64,000 nt of DNA from Squalus acanthias. Taxonomy: Eukaryota. Positions 13,105 to 26,200 of this stretch are shown here, piece after piece. The DNA lies in contig CM059445.1 in the NCBI GenBank assembly GCA_030390025.1, positions 43,400,001-43,464,000 on the forward strand. Direction: 5' to 3'. The notes under the pieces are model-generated. The model did no database searches. It saw only the letters and a program-made list of their open reading frames with translations, and was not told the origin of the DNA. A program made the position numbers and the translations under genes. Position 1 is the first letter of the stretch. The number at the start of each line of letters is the position of its first letter.

Positions 13105-15205
13105 TTAAGAACATAAGAAATAGGAGCAGTAGGCCATACGGCCCCTTGAGCCTGCTCTGCCATTCAATAAGACCATGGCTGATCTTCTACCTCAACTCCA
13201 CCTTCCTGCACTATCCCCATATCTCTTGATTCCCTTAGGCCTGGATTTTGCTCACCTCGACAGTCCATGGCAGGCGACATCAGTGGCGGGTCCTGACCCC
13301 ACTGCTGGCTCCATCCTGCTCTGTGAAATGAATTTCCATTAATAGGGCTTGTTAAGCCCGTCCAGCGCATTTCCCGGCCAATTAGAGGAAGCGGGACTGG
13401 TGACGTAATTTCATGACGTGTCATCAGCCAGTTTCCTTAAAGGGACCATGGCCAAATTTATTTTGACATTTGTGCTATCAGTGTTCTACAGCATTGAGGT
13501 GCTGCAAACACTGACAATCACAGCACAGAGGCACAGGGCTGCACCCAGGCTCTCTAATGACTCCCTCCATATGCTTATGGAGTCACAGCAGTCAGGGAGG
13601 TCCTCTTCCCTTCCCATGGGCGGAAGAAACCTTCCCAGTGCCGCAAACATTTCAATGATCTCAGTAGATCACGAAACGTTAGTACAAAGCCACATGCTGT
13701 GCCTCTCATCACATCCCCATCACTCTGCCTTCCCTACCCTACTCCTGCACATCCTTACTCACACCAACTTACCTTGCACCTCCACCTATCCCTCTCTATC
13801 TATATTATCACATCCTCATCTCACTAGCCACCCGTCACACTCGCCCTCATCCTAGTGCAATCATACCAACTAACAACACACAAGGGTAGGTACTTGGGTG
13901 TTTTATGCAATGTTCATGTAAAGTTTCTGTTAATGTGGTGTCAAAAATTGAAACCTTTATTTTCAACACTTTGCATTCTTGGACAGATTTGTGTGCACCT
14001 TTGGAAGTGGCTTAGTGAGTTGCAGTGAATGGTGAGACATAACAGTACCCCCCACAATGGTGATGAGTGTGAAAGGAATGCCTTGGGCATTGTAGGGATG
14101 CTTTATGATGTTGGTGTGGGGTGGTGCCAACCTGGCGCATCATGTGGAAGCCAGGGTGTACAGCGTCAAGTGATGTAAATCTGGCCATGGTGAGGCCATC
14201 CCTGGCCTCCCGGGCAGCAATGTGCTCGGGTGCTGATGCCCTCTGTCCTGTGCAGCATCAGTTGATTGCGAAGAGGTTTGGTGTTGTTGTTGGTGCTGCT
14301 GGTGCTGCTGGTGTTGGGGCTGATCATGGTGGGATTCTGAGGACCAAGGTGAGAGAGTATAAAGGGCACCGATGCTGATGGAATAGATGGCATGTGAAGT
14401 AGAGATGACAGAAGCGATCTATCAATGGTGAGAGAGGTAATGAGGTCAGACTGGATGGAGACTTGTGTAAAGACATGCAGCATGCGGAATCTATTGTGAA
14501 AATGCAGTGAGGAACAGCTTGTGGCTGAGGGACGATATCTCTAAGGTAGGAGCTTTTACTTTACATTTGAAGCTGTCAACTCATCAGCTGATTCAATGGC
14601 CACTGAACCCCCGCCTCAGCTTGACAGATGTGGTCCATGACCAGCGTGGACACCATGGGCGATCTGTCAAATGCAAAAGGTAAGCTGAAAATCATTCATA
14701 AGTGGCACTAAACAAGCCACTAATTACCTGAATTGGGTCGCCCACCGCTGCCCGTCAGATCTGGTCAGCACTGACAGACCCGACATCGGAAAAGGTGTGT
14801 GGGAGCGAGTTGACAGTGGGTACCTGACCCGCTGTCAAAAATATCAAATTTCCCACCCGGCCCGCCACCAATCCCGCCTGCTGACCCCCCCGGAAAATTC
14901 CAGCCTTAGTCTCCAAAAATCTATCAATCTCGGTCTTGAATATACTCAACGACTGAGCATCCACAGCCCTCTGGGGTAGAGAATTCCAAAGATTCACCAC
15001 CCTCTGTGTGAAGAAATTTCTCCTCATCTCAGTCCTAAATGGCCGACCCCTTATCCTGAGACTATGACCCCTAGTTCTAGACTTTCTGCATCTACACAGA
15101 CAAGCCTTCCAAGAATTTTATATGTTTCAATGAGATCACCTCTCATTCTTCTAAACTCCAGAGAATATAGGCCCATTCTACTCAATCTCGCCTCAGAGGA
15201 CAGCC
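13105..15205 (-). mobile_element. CR1 3' fragment split by a Harbinger insertion (pieces 13105-13237 and 14906-15205)
   Basis: MRRNFFTQRVVNLWNSLPQRAV and LEFRRMRGDLIETYKIL. The sequence rejoins across the TTA duplication and matches the intact copy at 61335-61800. Confidence 0.9.
13238..14905 (+). mobile_element. Non-autonomous PIF/Harbinger family A, copy 1
   Basis: TIRs ggcctggattttgc / ggaaaattccagcc; TSD TTA (13235-37, 14906-08); Myb/SANT remnant RAAPRLSNDSL on +; probable nuclease N- and C-terminal remnants on -. Confidence 0.9.
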
Positions 15206-15399
15206 CTATCGTCACAATACGGAATCCAACAAGAAATGTTAGCAGTTCGATAACCAGAACGAATTTTATAGTGTCAAACTCAAATGGTGTGGGGCTGCTT
15301 CCTCTGGGAGGTCTCACACCGGTTCTCTCCTCAGTCAAGCAGGAGGCGGACTGTGGGATAATACTGCAACTTTAACATTGCTGAGAAAATGGAAACAAC

Positions 15400-15990
15400 T
15401 TAGTACATAGAAGCACATAGACATTACAACACAGAAACAGCAACCAATCCATGTCAATGTATATCTGCCACACGAGCAAATAGCTCTCATCACATTTACC
15501 CACCCTGTTCCCATATCCCTTCTCCACCATCCACCTATCCAATCTAATCTTGAATGTTGACATCGTTTCTGGCTCAACTACTAACCCTGGAAGTGAATTC
15601 CACAGTGTCACAACTCTCTGGGTGAAGAAGTTTCTCCTGCCCTCTGTTCTAGGTCTCATATTTAATCTTGTACCTACGGCCTCTCATTCTTGATACCTCA
15701 ACTACTGGAAGCAGTCTGCTTCTCTCTACCCTGTCCCATCCTTTCAAAATTTTAAACACTTCTATTATAACACCCTGTAATCAGTGTTGCTCTAAATGGG
15801 GAAAAAAACATTCTTAAGTCTTTTTGTATTTGTATTTCCTTATACAGCATCCTAGTGAATTTAAATTGTACTCGTTCTAAAACCTCAATATCCTTCTCTG
15901 TACTGCACACAGTACTCTAACTGGTAAATGTGTTTGCTGCGAGGTATATTTATTGGGATGTCTTATTAATGTTTTATATAGGCTCATCAT
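15400..15990 (-). mobile_element. Degenerate CR1 3' fragment
   Basis: RRNFFTQRVVTLWNSLP and TFKIRLDRWM on the minus strand. Confidence 0.75.
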
Positions 15991-16172
15991 TACCTCTTGG
16001 CTCTTATATTCTATACCTCTTGTGAAAAACTGTCCTTAAATCCTACTCTGTTTTCACCCTTCTAACAAATTTTTAGTCCAATTTGCTATCCTCCCCCTAA
16101 TTTCATACCCCTTAATCTTCTCCAGTAATATCCCATGTAGTACCTGGTCAGACACTTTCCTAAAGTCCATGT

Positions 16173-16280
16173 AAAAGAAAGAACTTGCATTTATAAAGCA
16201 CCTTTCACAACCTCAGGTCATAACAATGTGGTTTACAGCCAATTAAGTACTTTTGAAGTGTAGTCACTGTTGTAATGTGA
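16173..16280 (-). mobile_element. SINE 3' tail (Deu-SINE type)
   Basis: 'aaagaaagaacttgcatttataaagcacctttcacaacctcagg' is the reverse complement of the tail at 225-278. Confidence 0.65.
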
Positions 16281-16757
16281 CTGGACCAAGGCTAACACCT
16301 AAGCACATTACATCCACAGTATTCTCCCCATCTACCATGGCTGTTACCTCCTCAAAGAATTCTGTGAGGTTTGTCAAGCACATTCACCTCTTCATATTAT
16401 TAATCTATTTATATTGAACATGCTGTTAGATCCAAAACCAATAATATCTTCATATCAGAATTTACAGATTGTCCTCCTTAAAAATGCCTAAACCTTTGTG
16501 TACATAAGCTGGATGAGAATTGTTCTGCTAATTACACTGAGCAGAAGTAACACTTGGAATCCCAACAAAATGTTAATGCATCTTAAAATTAACAGTGTAC
16601 CCAAAAATGAAACTAATTAAAAGGAAGTTCAGAGGAGTTGTCATGGAGAAAGCCATTCAGCATTATTGCATGTATACAATCTAAATAGGTCACATGCCTC
16701 CACTGTGCAGTCTCACCATCTCTTAACCACCTGAGTGCCAAAGACAGTGAAACAATG

Positions 16758-17510
16758 AGGCAGAAATTCCGGTCCCTACGGGTGTGTATGCGCTGTGTAC
16801 TCACCCGTAGGGCCAACGGAAATGCCGGTTTTAGGCATGCACTGAGCATACGCTGGAAACCGGCATTTCCGATCTGTCAAGAAAGCTCTTGACAGATCCA
16901 CTGGCTGCACTGGAGCAGGGCCTCTGTGGGTGGAGAGTTCCGTTTTTTGGAGACCCTCCGCCCACACTTACAATTCTTGCGCCTGTAAAAGCAGGCGCAA
17001 GGCCTGCTTTTACCAGGCTAAGAGTTGAAGAAAGTAAAGAAAAAAATTTTTTCCACTGATTTATCATTTTAAAATACTTTAAAGAAAGGTAAGTTTATTT
17101 TTAGCCCTGTTAAAAACTTTAATTATTTTTTTCAAAAATTTAAATTTTTGTTTAAAATAGTTAATTTATGTAATTTAGAGTCATTTTAAAAATGTGATGT
17201 TTTTTAAAAAATTTATTTGAAGTTTTACTTATGTTTTGGGGGTGATCTCCATTCATAGATTTGACAGGTCTTCCTGTCAAATCTATGAATGGAGATTCCC
17301 TGCTCTGATTGGCTCCCCATGGCCCACGTGATCCCAGGGACGCTGCGAACTACCTGCGCCCCTGGGATACGCGTGCCCTGCACACCGGCAGTTTGAAGAG
17401 GCACAGCAACAGGAACTCTGCGCCTCCCGGGAGCCCTCCGGTCCAGGCGGAGATTTTTCCAAATCGCAGCCCTCTGCCCGCGGGAGGGCTGCGAACGGAA
17501 TTTCTGGGCC
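16758..17510 (+). mobile_element. Palindrome-rich MITE family B, copy 1
   Basis: Ends aggcagaaattccg / cggaatttctgggcc, probable TSD ATG, GC-rich arms around an AT-rich core. Homologous to 30940, 38044 and 48662. Confidence 0.85.
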
Positions 17511-20134
17511 ATGAGAAAACATTATGCTGTATACATTCTGCATTAAAATTAAAATAACCTCCACATTATACTAACAAGATGTGGAGTAGAGTAGAACTAC
17601 ATATGGCACAAGTTTAATCAGTCACTTCATTTCTGGGAACTAAGTTCTGTTCTTTTCTAAAGTGAAAAAACAATAGCTCTCTGTCTTTTTTGGATGTTAG
17701 GGTCACCAGCTCGTGTGAAAGCCCATTTGAAAGGAGAAGATTAGAATTATCAAGTGAATTCTTTCAGAAATGAAGCACTAATAAGTTGCAGGAAAATGGC
17801 ATTAAGAGAATGTTCTCAAAACACAGTATTCATAGCTGTGTAATAATGGACTACTGCAGGAAGACTAAATAATTGAGGAAAAAACTCCAGGGCAGTTTCA
17901 AAATTTATAATTGTTGAATTTTTGGCTTATCTAGGTGAGGAATATTAAGGTCTTCTGGACCCATCTTTTGTTTCTATACTTGCCTCATCATCACCTCATT
18001 TTGCCTTACACCATCATCCCTTTTGTCATTTAGTCACTCCTGCCCTCTACCCTTTTGTTCTTTTCACCACATCAGTCTGGGCTAAGTCCCAGAGGTGAAA
18101 GAAGCTTATGCTAACCTATTATGCTGCCCAGTATTCCAACTCCAGGGCAGTTTCAGTCAGTTTCCTCAGTACATAGAACACAAATACTGCTTGATGCTGT
18201 AAAGGGCCTTCATGAGCTGAAGGATACAAAGTAAAATTTGTGCAGTTTTGATGTTTGTTCTCCTTTGGCACTCAAAGATTAAATATTGTCAATTCATTTG
18301 ATTTACAATTGTTTAGCAGTACAAAATGTAATTTATCCTGAAAACGACCTTCTATTCAACTGAGTAACTGGTTGACCTTGTATTTGTTCTACTTTATAAA
18401 GTAAACTCTAAATCTGAATTAATCACTATGCAGGTCATTTCTGCCTCCTGCACCAAGAATCCTTACATTTTAACATGTAAGGCTGCACTTTTAAAGATAG
18501 TTTATTCATACTGCATAGGGAGTTCATTCATTATTTCTCATTCTGCTGATATGAAAAGGGAAACATTTGCATTTGTTGTCCTTAGTATTGCCAGGGCAAG
18601 GAATATATTTTTTTAAATTTGCATCTAGAGGCAGCATCAAGTTCGCCTACTGTTGGCAATGTAGTGCAATGGAAGGTGCCAAGTAGAGCTGGAAATAAGC
18701 CACATTGTTCTGTTGGCACACCTCATTATCAGCCTCTAAAGAGAGAGAAATATTCTTCCACTGCACCAATATAACATGACTGCTTCTTATGCTCCATATT
18801 CTGTGACTAGTCACAGGTGGATTAATGGGGGGGAGGGAGTATTTAAGTCAATACCTGCGTTCATTAATTGATTGAAGAAAACATAATTCTTTATTACATT
18901 GCTAAAAATAATTATCGGAATAGTTAGTTTCCTGGTGTCTTGGCTAATATTTAAGTCTTTCTCAGGAACGTATGTGAGCTTGAAAAAAATCTGCATTGTT
19001 GAAATCCAAAAATAGACTAACCTCAAGTGGTAAAAATATCAAAAATTAGTGGTCAGAGAAATGCTTTGAAAGAAATTATGCATCTGAATTTAAATATCTC
19101 ATCCAGCAATGGCAGTGAACACATTTACTATTCAAAAGCGTGGCTTGCATTCATCCGATTAATTTATTAAGTGGCTTCTCCTGATGAAAACAATGCAAAA
19201 TATGTGTTTGTCGCTAATATAATAAAGAAACTGAGAGAAACGATCCTGGAGTACTTACTGTAAATGGCAGTAATTCATCTCTCTGGGTTCTGCATATTAT
19301 ATAAATGCTTCCTAAAAATAGATAAACGCTGCTTTTGTTCCAACCTCAGTCAGTTCACAGCTGGAATATAATTGAACAAAGCTCGAGAAGAATTCAATTT
19401 TCAACAGTCCAGTATGCTAAATACCTAAATATTGGGTGAAATTAATGCAGAATTCCTGATGGTATTTCAGCAAAGTTCAACATGTTTTAAGTGGTTATTT
19501 ATTAAGCATATTCAAGCTTACACATTTGCAACAATACAATAAAAGAAAGCTAACAAGAGTAAATATACCAGCTCTACAACTGGACCATATGCAACACCCT
19601 CGACCATGGAGTGGGAAAATACGGTTTTGATCCTGGCCAGGCTGTCCAGCAAAATGGCAAATAGAGACACCACAGGGAAGGAGGGAATCATATTTTATGT
19701 GGGTACACAAATCACTTTGGACTGCTCTTGTGCATCCCCTAGTGACTAGTTATAGTGCGCTACAGGTCTGGAGGCACATCACTTATCACTTCTTTATTCG
19801 CGGATGATGTTGCTGGTGGGGCATCACTCTCAAGAATTAACAAGGTGAAAAAATAGAAATTCTTTAAAATACGTGGAGTGTGAGTGATATTCTCAATGTG
19901 TGTTGGAATGTCACATAGCTAACAATTATTTGTCAACACCTTAATTGAATCAAAAAGAGATAATGAATCACAAAAATGGTATGTCACTGGTCATTCAGAA
20001 TAATCCATTCAAGCAAGGTTTTTTATAATGTACTGCATTTAAGACGATACCAGTTCAGACACATATTTTGCACAAGAATAAAGTCAACCAACTGATCAAC
20101 ATTGAACATTATTTACTCATCACAAGTGCCTAAC

Positions 20135-20275
20135 CATTGATATGGAACTATTTTTCTTGAATGCTTTTCAAAGGATCTTTCCACCAGTGTTCAGTGTGCT
20201 GAATTATACTCATTAACTTTGAGAGAAAACGTCTGGTGAGCAAATTGAATGCACCATTTTTGACTTCAGCTGGTC
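20135..20275 (-). other. Candidate non-coding host exon
   Basis: Acceptor ctgttctttcag|GACCAG; donor ATG|gttagg (or TGA|gtaaat at 20117). Non-repeat sequence with only short ORFs. Confidence 0.25.
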
Positions 20276-21094
20276 CTGAAAGAACAGCTCCCAAGTGCAG
20301 GAGATACAGATAAACACAGCACCTCTGACCAGTCAAGAGATTTTTTTTTACTTGAATTCACACATTTATTTAAATGCATTTTTGATCCTATAGATACGTC
20401 AAACCACCATGCATCTGCAAATGTCTCCAAACCTGATCATAAATAACACAACATAGGTACAAAATTCAAAGAGGTAAACATTCAAATTTTAGATGAAGTT
20501 CCGTGTAATTTCAGAAATCAAGATTTTCACTGGATGTTTCAAGCTACATTACTTCTTTCTTAACCCTATCCTAAATATAGAGGATTTTTATTTCATTATT
20601 GTACTGAAATTTAAATTTATAAATGCACATTCTGGTTTTAAAATGCATTTTCTTCTCCTCTTAAGTACTATTGCAATTAGTGAGTGGGTGGGCAAGTAGG
20701 CGTCCTCCTCCCTGCCAATGATACTTAAGTTTATCAGAGGCTGTATACATAGGCAAGAGGAGTCCAGTTCGAATCACCCTTTTTGTGGAAAAATGCATAG
20801 CCTCCAATCAAGTCCTGTTCTCAATGACACTGCTGTAATTGTGAGCTCAATCTATGAGGATAAAGAAAGATCAATGTCCTACCCCATGAATCACATAGAT
20901 TTATATTCTGTGTAACATTAAACAAGTAATTGTAAACACGGTAATACCTGAAACCATTGGACTGCTTTGGGGTAGCTGGCTGCTCAATTAATTAGAGTGA
21001 TGATACAGAATTGATTCTTTCCTTGTGAAAACAGCCTGTGCTGCCTTAGATGATTTGTTACCATCAATTAGACCAATCTGTGCACAGGGAGGTT

Positions 21095-22950
21095 CCACAA
21101 ACAGTCATGAAATAAATGACCGCTTAATCTGTTTTTGATGTAGTTGGTTGAGGGATAAATATTGGCCAGGACACCAGGAGAATGCCACTGCTCTTCTTTG
21201 AATAGTACCTTGGGATCTTTTACATCCACCTAAACAGGCAGAAAGGAAATTGAGCACCTCTGACAGAGCAGCATTGGCCGGGATTTTGCTCACCTCGGCG
21301 GGTCCGTGGCGGGTCCCAACCCTGCTGCTGGTTCCATCCCGCTCTGTGAAATGAATTTCCCTTGATTGGGCTTGTTAAGCCCACCCAGCGCATTTCCCAG
21401 CCAATTAGAGGAAGCAGGTCTTGTGACGTTATTTGATGACGTGTCATCAGCTGGTTTCCTTAAAAGGACCATGTCCAAATTTATTTTGACATTTGTGCTG
21501 TCAGTGTTCTACAGCACTGAGGTGCTGCAAACACTGACGATCACTGTACAAAGGCAGAGGGCTGCACCCAGGCTCTCCAATGCACGCAGGGAGATCCTCT
21601 TCCCTTCCCATGGGAGGAAGATACCTCCCCAGGACATCAACACAGCCTCGTAGCACATTGCAGAGGAGGGCACAAGCAGGGATGTGGTCAGGAGGACCTG
21701 GGTGCAGTGCCGCAAACTTTTCAATGTTCTCAGTCGATTACGAAACATTAGTACAAAGCCACATTCAACCTCATCCTGCTGTGCCTCTCATCACATCCCA
21801 TCACTCTGCCTTCCCTACCCTACTCCTGCACATCCTTACTCACACCAACTTACCTTGCACCTCCACCCATCCCTCTCTATCTATATTCTCACTTCCCCAT
21901 CTCACTAGCCACCCCTCACACTCACCCTCATCCTAGTGCAATCATACCAACTAACACCACACAAGGGTAGGCTCTTGGGTGTTTTATGCAATGTTCATGT
22001 AAAGTTTCTGTTAATGTGGTGTCAAACATTGAAACCTTTATTTTCAACACTTTGCATTTTTGGACAAATTTGTGTGAACGGTGAGACATAACAATACTTC
22101 CAGCAATGGTGGTGAGTGTGAAAGTAATAGCTTAGTCATTGTAGGGTTGCTTTATGGTGTTGGTGTGGGGTGGTGCCAACCTGGCACATCATGTGGCAGC
22201 CAGGGTGTACAGCGTCAAGTGAAGTAAATCTGGCCATGGTGAGGCCTTCCCTGGTCTCCCGGGCAGCAATGTGCTTAAGTGCTGGTGCCCTGTGTCCTGT
22301 GCAGCATCAGTTGATTGCGGAGAAGGTTGGTGTTGTTGTTGGTGCTGCTGGTGTTGGGGCTGATAGTGGTGGGATTCTGAGGACCAAGGTGAGACAGTAT
22401 AAAGGGCACCCATGTTGATGGAATAGATGGCAGGTGAAGTAGAGATGACAGAAGCATTCTGTCAATGGTGAAAGAGTTCTTCCAATGAGGTGAGAGTGGT
22501 TGGAGAATGGAAAGCCTGCAGAATGTGTGCTGGAAATGGAGTGAGAAAAAGCTTCTGCCTGAGGAAAGTGAAGATCAGTCAGGTGGGAGCTTTTACTGTA
22601 CATTTGAAGCTGTCAATGGCCACTGAACTCACACCTCAGCTAGACAGCCATGGTCTGCGCACAGCGGGGGATCCCGTGGTCATGAAGTTAAAGACAAAAG
22701 GTAAGTGAAAAAAGGCCGTTAAGCATCTGGCAATTAGATGTTAATCATTTTAATTAGGTCCACCGCCGCTGCGGTCGGGTCTGCTCAGCGTTGACAGACC
22801 CGACATTGGGAAAGGTGCGTGGTGGCAGGTTGACAGTGGGTTCCTGACCCGCTGTCAAAAAAAAAACACTTTCCTACCCGACCCGCCACCGATCGTGCCC
22901 ACTGACCCCTCCGGAAAATTCCGGCCATTGACTCAGTACTGAAGTGCAAA
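21095..22950 (-). mobile_element. Deu-type SINE split by a Harbinger insertion (pieces about 21095-21275 and 22927-22950)
   Basis: 'ggttgagggataaatattggccaggacaccagg...ctgacagagcagcatt|gactcagtactg' rejoins across the ATT duplication. Confidence 0.75.
21276..22926 (+). mobile_element. Non-autonomous PIF/Harbinger family A, copy 2
   Basis: TIRs ggccgggattttgc / ggaaaattccggcc; TSD ATT (21273-75, 22927-29); Myb remnant VVRRTWVQCRKLFNVL; minus-strand MGALYTVSPWSSESHHYQPQHQQ. Confidence 0.9.
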
Positions 22951-23599
22951 GTTTGGTCATAGAACACTTCCCTGTGCGTGGCTGGATTTAAACTGATAGA
23001 ACATGCTTTAACACACTTGCCTATTTGTATAGCATAAAGATTCTTAGAAACCACAAAGTACTTATAATTCACTCATTCTCATTCAATGTAGATTAGTAAT
23101 AGCTATTTATGATTTCAAATAATTGAGTCTTTAGTCTCATCAAAACACATTATATGTATATTTATTATGTAGGATGGTCAGAAAAGTACTCTTAATCTAA
23201 ATAATAATGTTACTAACATACTGATTAAAATTTGGCATTTAACCAAAATTGCAACACTGAAATAGTTAATAATATAAGCACTTTATTTTTTAGCACTGAG
23301 ATTACTCTTCACCATTTTAACTAACCTACTTATTCATCCCTAATTGTCTATATAAATGTCACTGCATAATTAAATTTTAAAATACAACAGATCAATTAAC
23401 ACTACTGGCTTTAGACTGTAGTTCAGAGACTGGTTATCAATAATAGTGTCAGCAAAGGACTCTGTATTGTAGAAAAGCTATCTTTAACTGTTGCTGTTGT
23501 ACAAATTCTTAGATGAAAAAAACTTCAAAATACTTCTCCATTTCGACTTAGTTTTTGGTCCGGACCCGGCACTGTGCAGGCAGCGTGCGCCCAACCAAG

Positions 23600-23930
23600 A
23601 CCATAGCAACATAGGAACAGCTAAACATCTAGTTTGCCTTCTACCATCCTGGTAGTTGTATGATACAACAATAATGGAGTTGTTGACTAATTATCAGTTA
23701 GTCGACAACAGACCCAGCATGCCTTGAAGAAAACCCCAGTGGTGGAGAGATTTGGGAACTATAGGTCCAAAGTCACCTGTTCCTCCCACGCATGTTACAC
23801 TTACTACATCTCATGTCTCAAATTACTCATATACTGTATCCCAAAATGTATTTTTCGGAAAGAAGTCTTATCTAATTTGCAATTGAATGATTCAATACTA
23901 ACTGCTTCCACCTGTAAAAGGGGAACATGG
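23600..23930 (-). mobile_element. Old CR1-like 3' UTR fragment
   Basis: Resembles reverse CR1 3' ends ('ttatctaatttgcaattgaatgattcaatactaactgcttccacc'). Confidence 0.4.
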
Positions 23931-24826
23931 CCCAATTTCTACCCCATGAACTCCAATGTATTTTGAATGTACTACTTGCTTTCATAATGCAGGAAATTTG
24001 TTTTACATGTCCCAAGAGAAATTATAATAATCATTTTATGATAATTGCTATTATAGTATATTACACTCTGAAGCTTATTTTAATTATGAAGCTCTCTTTA
24101 ACAGGAACATGCCAGAATATTGTGGGCGAACAGCTACTGTTAAATGTAGGATAGCAAATTCTCTCTTATTTCTGAGATTATGATGCATATTCTTCTCATT
24201 TCTAAACATTTCAGTCGCTGGCATCCAATTTTTTTTAGAAGCAACACAACTAGTGTCTGCGTTCAACAAGCTGTCAAAATCCAGCATCAGAGATCTGTAA
24301 ATGAGCAAACAGAGACACTGGAGAGTGGCACACTACTCTCAAAGTACTCCAAAGCCTGTAGTACTATACTCCAGGTAGTCTCCAGCTGTTGCTAACAATC
24401 AACCCTATTTATCAATTGTCTCGCCCTTATTTTAAGCTTATACTCCTCTGCCTCCACCTCCAACAGAAATCTATGAAGCTGCCTTTCAAAGGAATCCATG
24501 AACCCAGCATTCACTGATGTAGGTAGCAGTTTACACCTTTGTGAGAAGAAATTTAATTTTGCCTGAAGTTTTCCAATTTTAATATCTTGTCCTCACCTCA
24601 GAACAATGTGTTCAGTTGAAATTTAATTTCTTCCACTTTATCAACTACCTTCAATATGTTAAAGGAGCAGTGCCTTCACGAGTAAATGTTTGGCAAACCT
24701 GTTATTCTTTTGTTTCTGAGCATTACACTGAAAAGCATCAACACTTCGCTTATGCACATCACTTCCAAGAATGGCACATTTTTGGCTCCTCCCTCCCCCA
24801 AAAATAAAGGGGTTGCTTAACACATT

Positions 24827-26200
24827 AGCCCAGATTTTGTAGTAGGAATAACTGTGAGGCTATCAGTGCTCACCGTTATTAAGGAGTAAATCAACTTCCG
24901 GCTTCCGCATATGCGCAGCTAAATGCGGAAATCAGGAAGTTGCTGTCCTGCTCCCCCACAAGCTTCGCTACATCGGCATCTCGCCGAGAGATTCGGCATT
25001 CATACACATGAAGGGCGTGAAGTTGCGGTACTTACCCACTAGAGACCCACTAAACATGCCAGAAAAAGTTAGGGCATGTCCATTCAAGTATAAGTGATTT
25101 TTAACAGCGTGATAAGTCTTAATTACTACCAAACAACCTCTCTGACACTGAAAATTTACTTTTACAAGTGTAGAGTTTCATTCCTTCAGATTTTAATTAT
25201 TGTTGGAGATTTTAAAAACTTAAAAATTAAATTATTTTTTTACTTTGTCTCTTTTATCTCTCTCTCTTAATCCCATCTTTCTTTCCCTCTCTTTATTTTG
25301 CTTTCTGTACATGATTTTACATTGAATTAACTATTCTAACTTACACTTCCTGGTTCAGACTCTGCGGGGGAGATTTTCCCAGCCCTGGGGAGGCAGGTAT
25401 GGAGGCGGGACTCCGGGAAAATGGCAGAATCTGGGAGCGGGTACCCATCCCACCCCCAACCCGCCTCCGTGCCATCTTCCCAGGAGGCGGGTACCTCCTC
25501 AAGGCGGGAAGGGGATTAATGCCAATTAACTGCCTGTTGTCAGGTAGTTAATTGGCAGTTTTTTAGCTAATCCCTATTTTGAGCCCTAAAGTGTGGGCTT
25601 CCCAACGGCTCCGAACCTCACCAGGGTCAGCGAGGCAAGCCGTGGGTCTGCGGGAGTCGGAGGGGCCAAAATGTCCAGTGTGCAGGTGAGTGATGAGTGC
25701 AAGTGTGGAGAGGTAAGTGTGTGAGGTGAATCTAAAGTGTTTTAATAAGATTACTTACCTTTGCTTCTTCCTCCAGGCTTCATCCCTTTAGGCTGTGGAG
25801 CTGCCTTATCTCACCGGCAGAGAAAGCAGAATGGCCACTGCATTCTTAAATGCAGCAGCCTTCTGCTTTCTGCTCAGGAAAGCTTTCTAAGTGAGCCTGT
25901 GTCCAAGGTCTCAACTTAGAAGACAGATTGTCAGTGTTTGACAGCTTCACAGAATCTTGACAGATGAAGCGTCATACGCTGATGTCATCTGTCACCGGCT
26001 TTCCCTTAAATGGGCGGGCTTAACAAGGCCAATCAAGGGAAAATAGCGTGGGTTGGCCAGACGTCGATGGAGGCGGGACTAAAACCCGACAAGCAGCTTT
26101 CCCGCCTCCATCACGTCCCCATTGATAAAATCACCCCCTGCGTGTCTCAGTAAGGATTTTTCAAACTGATTGGTTGAAGAGACACGCTGTTGCTTGTTCC
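24827..26200 (+). mobile_element. MITE family D copy (3'-truncated) hosting a family C insertion
   Basis: Left end agcccagattttg; colinear with 35469-36071; interrupted at 'gactctgc|gtgtctcag'. Confidence 0.8.
25366..26138 (+). mobile_element. MITE family C, copy 1 (Harbinger-type)
   Basis: TIRs gggggagatttt / aaaatcaccccc; TSD TGC (25363-65, 26139-41). Confidence 0.9.
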
